From positions 3,060,001-3,092,000 of the forward strand of contig NC_014833.1 of assembly GCF_000179635.2 (NCBI RefSeq): a stretch of DNA of 32,000 bases, in the 5' to 3' direction. The stretch comes from Ruminococcus albus 7 = DSM 20455. Its GTDB lineage: Bacteria; Bacillota; Clostridia; Oscillospirales; Ruminococcaceae. Both the position numbers and the translations under genes were made by a program. The notes beneath the pieces are model-generated. The model searched no databases and was not told the DNA's origin. It saw only the letters and a list, made by a program, of their open reading frames with translations. Shown piece after piece: positions 14,335 to 21,581 of this stretch; position 1 is the first letter of the stretch, and each line of letters begins with the position of its first letter.

Positions 14335-14604
14335 CAAGATCAAAATTTAGATTTGATTTATGAAGAAGGCTCGTTTGATAATTATGAAAGCGCTGAGATA
14401 TTGGAAAGCCCTTATTATATCAATAAGTATCTATATACTGATAGAGGATATGCGGAAGGATCGACAAACGATAATGAAAGTCAAGTATATGGTGTATATA
14501 ATGGCGTAACTGTTGGTGTAATAACTGATGCTAATGGCGGGCTGACCACGACTATCGGAACGATCTTTCCGGATAGTTTACAGAGATCAACAGGAGATTT
14601 TTGA
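14335..14604 (+). pseudogene. Possible C-terminal fragment of a secreted toxin (EndoU-like ending?), no start
   Basis: QDQNLDLIYEEGSFDNYESAEILESPYYINKYLYTDRGYAEGSTNDNESQVYGVYNGVTVGVITDANGGLTTTIGTIFPDSLQRSTGDF. The G-x-Y-x-G-x-x-V-x-V...G...TI-x-T-x-FP ending recalls bacterial EndoU-type toxin tips. The upstream part of track ORF 14263.. is antisense to the ATPase pseudogene leader. Confidence 0.3.
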
Positions 14605-14701
14605 TTGATATGATCGATACAAAAAAGGCTAGACTTTTGGTATCTGAGCGGCAAAGACCTGTTCTCCGCTACTTTTGGTGTGTTAAAAGTATAACCATAT
14701 A

Positions 14702-14732
14702 TGAAAAAGCCATCGGAACAATCCCGAGGGCT
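14702..14732 (-). terminator. Candidate terminator after the xylanase/esterase gene
   Basis: On the minus strand, AGCCCTCGG / CCGATGGCT form a 9-position stem with one mismatch, followed by TTTTTC. It lies 27 nt after the stop. Confidence 0.4.
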
Positions 14733-14758
14733 CTCATCGTTATTCTATAATAGAAATT

Positions 14759-17245
14759 TTACTGTCCTTCATGGAAGAAAGAAGGAAGTGCATCGTAAAC
14801 ATAGTGTCTTACGTAGCCCCACCAGTGTGTTTTGCCTGATGCAACAAGGAAGTAGAGATTACCCTTGGAGAAGTCAGATGTGTAAACGAACTGGCTCATC
14901 TTCTTCATTTCATTGATCTGAGGATTTACGTTGGGATAAGCTATATCGTCCGAACCTGTTGCTGCGAAGATGAAGTACTGATTCTTCTGAAGACCTGATC
15001 TGTCTATCGCATTGGCTATGGACTTAGCCTTATCGTAACCGGAGTTTCCGTTCCAGTGGTCGCCGCTGAGAGGCATGAAGTAGCCGACGATGTCAAGGCA
15101 GTTCTCCATTACAGCCCATGTTGAAACGCCACCCATCGAGAATCCGCCGTATGCTCTGTGCATTCTTGAAGCCTGGAGCGATGACTGTGAAGTATTTCTG
15201 CCTGCATAGGTAGAATATTTTCCTTCAACGAAAGGAACAACGCTCTGACGGAACTCGTTGTAGAATTTGCCTGCCTCAGTCTTGTTGAAGGTAGGTGTAA
15301 CAACGATCAGAGGATCGAGTTCGCCGTTCTTTATCATGTTGTCGAAGAGATTCTGCATCATTGTATCATCCTGATAGAACAGAGTATTCTCATTCTCTCC
15401 GCCGCCGTGCATCAGGTAGAAGATGTTGTACTTCTTGCTGCTGTCATAGCCGTAGGGGAGATATACATTAAGTGAGTTATATCCGTTGATGCCGTTATAG
15501 GATTCCTTTACTACCTTGCCGGCCTGTGAGCAGCTGTTGAAATAGTAGCCGGGAGCTTCCTTGAACTGCATATTTGATGCGTAGTTATAAGAAGATGTCT
15601 CAGGCTGCTGATTGTTGTTAGTGTTTGTGTTTGTATTAGTATTAGTATTTGTGTTTGTGTTAGAAGGTGTGTGATACTGAATGTTGTTGTAGGATCTGGT
15701 CGTAACAACAACATAGTTGTCAATAGCAGCTGTAGTATCCCACTTGCCGTTTACTCTAGCAGCGATAGCTACCTTGTAAGACATACCGGGTGTCAGTCCC
15801 TTGGGAGTAGTGTAGGAAGTACCGGAGATGTTGGAATCCTGAACTCTCCACTTGCCTGCCAGGTATACTGCGATGCCGTACTTGTCAGCGCCATTTACAG
15901 CGTCCCAAGTAAATCTCATCTGCTTGTACTGGCTGTTGTATTCCATCTTTACGTTGGAAGGAACATTAGCATTGTTGTATACCGGGGTATCACCGGAAGC
16001 AACATAGCCCTTGTCTGCGATTATAGCTCTGTCAACATAGATGTCGCACAGGCTGTCGGGAGCTTCAACATACATCTTTACATTGGATGCGCCCGAAGGT
16101 ATTGTGAAGCTGGTGTTTTCCAGCTTGGTCCACTTGCCTGCTGTGCAGGAACCCTCAGCTATCTGAGTGTACTTTGTAGTACCGTTCTGATCATACTGCA
16201 TGGAAAGCTGAACAGTTGTGCTCTCGGCAGGATTTACCATAGCGCTGAAGCTGTAGGAGTTGCCGGGCTTGAAAGTAGATGTATTGACTTCTACTTCGCC
16301 GCCGTTCCAGTTAGCAGTTCTGCCGCTTACATACAGGGACTTACTGCCCTCATAAGCCTTGGAAGAAGATGATGCTACACTAGCAGAACCTCTGCCGCTC
16401 CAGTAATTGGTACCGTTCTCGAATGTAGCTGAGTACAGTGTACCTTCGATCTCCGACTCCTCCGGCTCGGGATCGGGATGGTAGCCACTTTCGCCCTCAT
16501 ACATATTCAGAGTAACATCAGCCTGACCGTCGGACTCCCAGCCTTCAACGTTGAAAGCAACTTCGTACAGGTTGCCCATCTTCATACCCATGGACTCCCA
16601 AACCTTGAAGTGCTCGGAAACGCTGATGGTACCCTTGGTTCTCAGGTTCTGACGGATGCTTATATACTGTGTGAAGTTCTTGTTGCCTTCAATGGTGTAA
16701 GAATTTCTGCTGGTAGTATATACCTTGTATACACTGCCGTCGATAGTGGTCTGACCCTTGTACTGTGCAGAACCGTCCTGTGCAGGTGACCAGTTCTTCC
16801 AGTCCTCGATGATGTAGTACTCTACCAGAGGATTCTGTGCCCAGCCGTAGATACAGATACGGGAGTTACCGGATGAACCTGCATACCAGCTGCAATCGTA
16901 GTCACAGTAGAAAGGCTTATAATCCTTATATGTCTTGGGGTTATTCAGGCCCCAGTACAGACCACGACGTGCAAGGAAGTTACCTCTCGAGTTGTTAGGT
17001 CCGCACTTCCACTGTGTGCTGAAACCGCCGTCATTATCGTGCAGTGTCATTGTAGAAGAGTTTGGGGTATCTGCCTGCCAGATCTCATGGTGGTAGTCAT
17101 TGTACCAGCCGACTTCCTGTGTGTGTGACGGGCTCGTAGTGAGTGTCTTAGCAGCAGATGCTGTAACTGATGATATAATAGGTGAAACCATCAGCACTCC
17201 GGCAACAAAAGCGCTGGCAATACGCTTTGAAACGGGTTTCTTCAT
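14759..17245 (-). CDS. Multidomain xylanase/esterase: signal peptide, GH11, CBM22-like (CBM_4_9), Fn3-like module, (Thr-Asn)n linker, CE1-type esterase; no dockerin
   Basis: GH11 motifs are NPLVEYYIIEDW and YEVAFNVEGWESDGQADV. The CBM reads NGTNYWSGRGSASV..GRTANWNGGEV..GKWTKLENTSFTIP..MYVEAP. The esterase reads YNIFYLMHGGGENENT and GGFSMGGVSTW. The N-terminal signal is KRIASAFVAGVLMVSPIISSVTASA. Confidence 0.9.
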   Translation of the reverse strand: MKKPVSKRIASAFVAGVLMVSPIISSVTASAAKTLTTSPSHTQEVGWYNDYHHEIWQADTPNSSTMTLHDNDGGFSTQWKCGPNNSRGNFLARRGLYWGLNNPKTYKDYKPFYCDYDCSWYAGSSGNSRICIYGWAQNPLVEYYIIEDWKNWSPAQDGSAQYKGQTTIDGSVYKVYTTSRNSYTIEGNKNFTQYISIRQNLRTKGTISVSEHFKVWESMGMKMGNLYEVAFNVEGWESDGQADVTLNMYEGESGYHPDPEPEESEIEGTLYSATFENGTNYWSGRGSASVASSSSKAYEGSKSLYVSGRTANWNGGEVEVNTSTFKPGNSYSFSAMVNPAESTTVQLSMQYDQNGTTKYTQIAEGSCTAGKWTKLENTSFTIPSGASNVKMYVEAPDSLCDIYVDRAIIADKGYVASGDTPVYNNANVPSNVKMEYNSQYKQMRFTWDAVNGADKYGIAVYLAGKWRVQDSNISGTSYTTPKGLTPGMSYKVAIAARVNGKWDTTAAIDNYVVVTTRSYNNIQYHTPSNTNTNTNTNTNTNTNNNQQPETSSYNYASNMQFKEAPGYYFNSCSQAGKVVKESYNGINGYNSLNVYLPYGYDSSKKYNIFYLMHGGGENENTLFYQDDTMMQNLFDNMIKNGELDPLIVVTPTFNKTEAGKFYNEFRQSVVPFVEGKYSTYAGRNTSQSSLQASRMHRAYGGFSMGGVSTWAVMENCLDIVGYFMPLSGDHWNGNSGYDKAKSIANAIDRSGLQKNQYFIFAATGSDDIAYPNVNPQINEMKKMSQFVYTSDFSKGNLYFLVASGKTHWWGYVRHYVYDALPSFFHEGQ
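15611..15664 (-). repeat. Hexanucleotide coding microsatellite encoding the (Thr-Asn)n linker
   Basis: GTGTTT/GTATTA units on + encode SNTNTNTNTNTNTNTNNNQQ on the minus strand. Confidence 0.8.
15698..15964 (-). repeat. Fn3-like ~85-aa module, copy in the GH11 protein (internal)
   Basis: PSNVKMEYNSQYKQMRFTWDAVNGADKYGIAVYLAGKWRVQDSNISGTSYTTPKGLTPGMSYKVAIAARVNGKWDTTAAIDNYVVVTT. Confidence 0.75.
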
Positions 17246-17827
17246 AAACTAATTACCTCGCTTTCTAAAAAGATTAAAACTATAAACCATAAAATAAATA
17301 CTTAAATGATACGGCACATTGACTCTTGCGCTTCAATGTTAACTGCTATATCATTTGATTATATTTTATAATTTATTAGTCATTGGTTCTAATCAAATTT
17401 TGCTCATTGTGATATAGGCAGCACCAAAAATTGCGATTTTCACCTTTGGTACATTAATTATTTACTATTTAAATTATAATTATCGAAAATCTTTTAATCT
17501 TTTCCGAAATAATCATTTAACACATAAAAGCCCTGAATTGCGCAATTCCAACCGATCAACAGCATAAAAAATGTATGTTCACAAACAAGGATCCACCTGA
17601 CATTAATGTAATTTTTATGTCAAATTCTTAACATCTTTCGCGCTAATATTGAGAAGTTGAAAACCGTTCATCATGATCAGAGTTTCAGTTGGAAAATATG
17701 CGAAGATAAATACATTACCTGAATATTATAACTCCGCAGCACACGATCGACACCACCACCTATAAAAACTCCTACGATATTTCAGCGTTTTTTCTTTAGC
17801 CTTTTTTTGCGTTATTTATCATTATAC

Positions 17828-17872
17828 AGAAAAAGAACAGGTAACAGCGACTGTGTCGGCTGTGACCTGCTC
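17828..17872 (-). terminator. Candidate terminator downstream of the GH53 gene
   Basis: Long imperfect hairpin GAACAGGTAACAGCGAC (17835-17851) / GTCGGCTGTGACCTGCTC (17855-17872). On the minus strand it is followed by TTTTTCTG. Confidence 0.45.
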
Positions 17873-18007
17873 TTTGTGTTTATTCTGCTTTTCTCTTCCT
17901 GCCCTCTGTCATGATATCAGCCAACGCTCACAGCGCCTGAGCTTCACGATCCCGAAGGGCTGCGGCATAGATATCAAGTGTAACATACCATAAGCCACAT
18001 CTTTTTA

Positions 18008-19573
18008 TCACTTGAGTTCAAAGCTCCTGCTCTTGCCAATAAGATCCATACCGCTTCCATGCTTGTTGGAAAGATATCTGTCCAGCAGGATGATATCATT
18101 GATATCCACCTTTTTATCAGCATTGACATCGCCTACCGCGAACTGCTCATCATCAAGCTTGCATTTTTTTATTACGGCATTTTTCAATAGCGTGAGATCA
18201 GATCTGCTAAGCGAGCCGTCACCGTCGAGATCGCCGTACAGACGGGTCTTCCATTTAATTTCGGGCTTATTTTTTTTCGGGTAAATACGGGTGAATACAT
18301 CAAGCGACTCAAGAGGATAGCCCCTGAAATCGAACAGTGCCTGATTATCAAAGGATGAACCTCCTGCCGAAGTGACGTCCTGATCGTACTCAGATGCATA
18401 AGATGATGCCCAGCCCGAACCGTATCTGTCCCAGTTATCTCTCTGCTGCGACTGCGAAATACCGCTGACACCCAGCCATGCAGGCTCCCAGTAGAATACG
18501 CCTATACCCTTTCCGCCGCAGTTTGCGATCGCCTGAAATGCATCTGTCAGGGACTCTGCCTGTCCTTCAACGGATATATCATAGTCAAGATCAACACCCG
18601 TAGACCATTGTGAGATAGTATTGCCGAATCCGTCACTATCATCGGAGGTATACGGATATGCCGTTTCAGCGACCATGACGTATTTGTTGTATGTGTTGCC
18701 AATGGTACTCAGCACGTTTGTGAGGTTTTCAGGTGTGCCGTGCCAGTACGGATAGAAAGATGCGGCAAATACATCGTAATCGAGCTTGCATTCGTTCATG
18801 ATCTTTGCATACCAGTAGAAGTGATCTGCTTTTGCAGGATTTGCAAAATGATGAGCGATCAGGATATTCCTGTCAAAGTCACGCACCGCCTTGTTACCGC
18901 TTGCAAACAGCTCACATATCTTATACATATCCGTTTCGCCGCAGAAGAAGCAGTTTGTCTCGTTGCCCACCTGTACCATACCTATATCGCCGCCCGCCTC
19001 TGTGATAGCTGTCAGCACCCAGGTAGTCCATTTGTATATCTCTCCCGAAAGGGTATTGTGATCGTGAGAAGCCCAGTATTTCGGGCGTGTCTGCTTGGCA
19101 GGATCAGCCCAGAAATCCGAATACTGAATGTCCACCAGCAGCTTCATACCATATTTTGCCGCACGTCTGCCGATCTCACAGGCAGTTTTCACATCGTTGT
19201 TTCCGCCGCCGTATCCGTGACCTTTACCGTCATTCGGTTCGTTCCAAACACGTACACGGATGTAGTTCACATCATGGTCGTAAAGCACACGGAATATATC
19301 TTCCTCATTTCCCTTATCGTCATGGAAAACTACTCCTGCCTCCTCGATAGCTAAAATGGAAGAAATATCCACGCCGCGGATAGGCTCACCGCCATTTACC
19401 GCCGCAGGGAAAGTATCAAAGGTGACGCTCCTGTTATAAGAAGAAGTTCCCGCCCGAGAATAAGCAGATGATGTCATAAGATTTGCGGACGATGTCATCA
19501 TCAGTACAGATGCTGTCAGTGCCGCACAGATCTTCACTGAACGCTGAAATATTTTAGTATTCATAACACTCAT
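18008..19573 (-). CDS. GH53 arabinogalactan endo-beta-1,4-galactanase with C-terminal type I dockerin
   Basis: Start moved to ATG 19573 (RBS AGAGAGGAA). GH53 motifs are RGVDISS, NYIRVRVWNEP, LLVDIQYSDFWADPAKQTRPKYW, VQVGNETN, FYPYWHG and VAETAYPY. The dockerin is GDLDGDGSLSRSDLTLLKN...GDVNADKKVDINDIILLDRYL. Confidence 0.9.
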   Translation of the reverse strand: MSVMNTKIFQRSVKICAALTASVLMMTSSANLMTSSAYSRAGTSSYNRSVTFDTFPAAVNGGEPIRGVDISSILAIEEAGVVFHDDKGNEEDIFRVLYDHDVNYIRVRVWNEPNDGKGHGYGGGNNDVKTACEIGRRAAKYGMKLLVDIQYSDFWADPAKQTRPKYWASHDHNTLSGEIYKWTTWVLTAITEAGGDIGMVQVGNETNCFFCGETDMYKICELFASGNKAVRDFDRNILIAHHFANPAKADHFYWYAKIMNECKLDYDVFAASFYPYWHGTPENLTNVLSTIGNTYNKYVMVAETAYPYTSDDSDGFGNTISQWSTGVDLDYDISVEGQAESLTDAFQAIANCGGKGIGVFYWEPAWLGVSGISQSQQRDNWDRYGSGWASSYASEYDQDVTSAGGSSFDNQALFDFRGYPLESLDVFTRIYPKKNKPEIKWKTRLYGDLDGDGSLSRSDLTLLKNAVIKKCKLDDEQFAVGDVNADKKVDINDIILLDRYLSNKHGSGMDLIGKSRSFELK

Positions 19574-19702
19574 GGTTATTCCTCTCTTTACTGTTTGTAT
19601 CATCGCCGTTTTGGCAATCATATTATAACAGCAATTTCGTCACTTGTCAACCTCAAAAAATATCACGCTTTCTGTGCACGTATCAAAAATACCGCCTGTC
19701 GT

Positions 19703-19744
19703 ATACACAAAAGACCACAGACGCATATCCGCATCTGTGGTCTT
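19703..19744 (-). terminator. Rho-independent terminator after the SGNH-dockerin gene
   Basis: Perfect 11-bp stem AAGACCACAGA (19711-19721) / TCTGTGGTCTT (19734-19744). On the minus strand it is followed by TTGTGTATAC. Confidence 0.6.
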
Positions 19745-19774
19745 ATAGCTTTTATGTGGAACACTCTGCTCTTA

Positions 19775-21580
19775 TCATGCAAGAGCCCTGATATTCTTTA
19801 CCTGTGCCGCAATAAGCACAACATCAGTAATATTTATATTGCCGTTGTGATCCGCATCTGCACAAGCCGTACCTTTTTCAAGGATATTATTGCCCTTTAC
19901 ATACGAAGCCGCAAATGCGATATCCGATACGTTCACAACACCGTCACCGTTTATATCACCGATAACACCTTTATCTTCACCCGCACTTACTTCAGCGCCG
20001 TCAGATATTGTAGTGTCATCAGCCACAGGCTGCTTACCGCCATTCATTCTTGCTTCGGCAGTTTTGGAAATATCAGCAAACAGTATATCAGCTATTTCCT
20101 TATGTCCGTTGGCATTTGGGTGAGGGTCAAAGTCTGTTTCGGGCGAGATGTTGTATACATCAACATATACCGCACCTGTTTCAGCTGCTATGGCTTTCAG
20201 CTTCTCGTTAAGCAGCTTTATCTGAGGGTCAACGTTCTTCCCTGCCATCTGCATAGCAACAGGCTCAGCTATCTGCTGTGCAAAAGCCTTAGCCTCAGCT
20301 GCAGCTTCTGAATTGCTGAACTGTCCGATTATCTCTGCCACATCAGGAAGCTCGCTTACGTCCGCACCGCTGCTTATAACACCGATGATATTCCTGAGTT
20401 CTTCTATGTCCACATACTCACCGAGCAGATCGTTCAGCGCCTTGATATCTGCCATGTTCTCATCTGTTGCAAGTGCAGCAAGGTTCTTCTTTAACTGATC
20501 TATATCCTCAGCCAGTGTGAAGGCATCTATTACCTTTGTCATCTTCTCGTAGTCAAACACCTTATCCAGTGCCGCCTTCAGCTCTATGATCTTGTTTACC
20601 TTATCGTTGATATTCTCGGTGAATTCCTTGGTAGGCTCACCCTTTGCATCGGTCTGATCCTCTGTTTCCGCTGCGGCATCAGATGCCTCTGCAAACAGCG
20701 GTCCGATAACGGAGAATATATCCTCCTGTATATCTTCTGATCCTTCTGCTGTGCGGTAAGGGTTGAACAAACTTACAAGAGCGATATCAGCTTCACCGTT
20801 CACTTCCTGTACAGCCTTTACAACGCCCTTTACCTGCTCTGCAGAGTTGTTGACCATATTCTCCGCATTCTCGCCCACGTTCTTCATATAGTTTGCAGCC
20901 TCAAGGAAAGCATCTGCTGTTACCTTGTCCTTTTCCTCGTTTATCACCTGTAAGCCGGCACCGACTGCTACTTCGGGCTCAGCCCCGAACAGTGTCATCA
21001 TAAGTGACATAGCAGATGCCTTGATAACAGGATTCTCACTCTGCAGCATCTCAGGTATTATGCTCATGATGATATCATTTCCGCCAAGCTGTATGCTCAC
21101 AAGGTCAGCCTCTGTAAGATAACTTGTATAGATATCGTGGTACGGAGCCAGTACTTCGCTTGTTCCCTTTCCCACAAAGCTTTCGAGTATCTGTGAAGCA
21201 AATTCACCCTTGTAGCCTGCCTGTCTGATGACCTTCTCTATATCAGCCGCACGGAATGCAGTTGAAGCCAGATTTGTACCCTTCACTTCAACACCGTTCT
21301 TTTCACCCAGTTCCTTCAGGTATCCTGTGAATATTGCAGGGTATGCACCCTTTACAGGGTCAGCCAGCAGCTTATCGGTTATCACCAGTGCAGGGTCGCC
21401 CATAATACCCTTGTCCTTGTTAAGACCATAGCCCGCTGCGATACTGTCACCCAGCGCTACATAGTTATAGGTCTTTTTTTCTGCAGCCTTTTCCTCATTT
21501 TCAGCAAATGCCGAGATCCCTGCAGTTGTGCTCAGCATAGCTGCTGCTGTCAGCACCGATAATATCTTATTTCCTCTCAT
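19775..21580 (-). CDS. Secreted SGNH/GDSL-family hydrolase with a long acidic helical insert and a C-terminal dockerin
   Basis: Signal peptide is ILSVLTAAAMLSTTAGISAFA. Block I is YVALGDSIAAGYG, block III is IQLGGNDI, and block V is DFDPHPNANGHKEIA. The dockerin is GDINGDGVVNVSDIAFAASYV...ADADHNGNINITDVVLIAAQV. The RBS AAGGAGG lies inside the 3' end of the upstream gene. Confidence 0.85.
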   Translation of the reverse strand: MRGNKILSVLTAAAMLSTTAGISAFAENEEKAAEKKTYNYVALGDSIAAGYGLNKDKGIMGDPALVITDKLLADPVKGAYPAIFTGYLKELGEKNGVEVKGTNLASTAFRAADIEKVIRQAGYKGEFASQILESFVGKGTSEVLAPYHDIYTSYLTEADLVSIQLGGNDIIMSIIPEMLQSENPVIKASAMSLMMTLFGAEPEVAVGAGLQVINEEKDKVTADAFLEAANYMKNVGENAENMVNNSAEQVKGVVKAVQEVNGEADIALVSLFNPYRTAEGSEDIQEDIFSVIGPLFAEASDAAAETEDQTDAKGEPTKEFTENINDKVNKIIELKAALDKVFDYEKMTKVIDAFTLAEDIDQLKKNLAALATDENMADIKALNDLLGEYVDIEELRNIIGVISSGADVSELPDVAEIIGQFSNSEAAAEAKAFAQQIAEPVAMQMAGKNVDPQIKLLNEKLKAIAAETGAVYVDVYNISPETDFDPHPNANGHKEIADILFADISKTAEARMNGGKQPVADDTTISDGAEVSAGEDKGVIGDINGDGVVNVSDIAFAASYVKGNNILEKGTACADADHNGNINITDVVLIAAQVKNIRALA

Positions 21581-21581
21581 C

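Noticed and set aside
14360-14509. Alternative-frame 49-aa ORF (MKKARLIIMKALRYWKALIISISIYILIEDMRK...) that looks like a small membrane peptide
   Set aside because: There is no RBS. It overlaps the longer toxin-tip-like frame in A+T-rich sequence, where such hydrophobic frames arise by chance.
15611-15664. Short periodic repeat considered as a possible CRISPR or non-coding microsatellite
   Set aside because: The unit is only 6 nt with no spacers. It is in frame inside the xylanase/esterase gene, where it encodes a Thr-Asn linker.
15671-16372. 233-aa + strand ORF. Similar long antisense ORFs are 243..698, 8939..9481, 18740..19354, 19595..20311, 25149..25823, 27399..28007 and 29772..30908.
   Set aside because: All lie fully inside, and antisense to, genes with strong family motifs (GH11, XRE, DUF4132, GH53, SGNH, GH74, M23). 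They have low-complexity or Cys/Ser-rich translations and no RBS.
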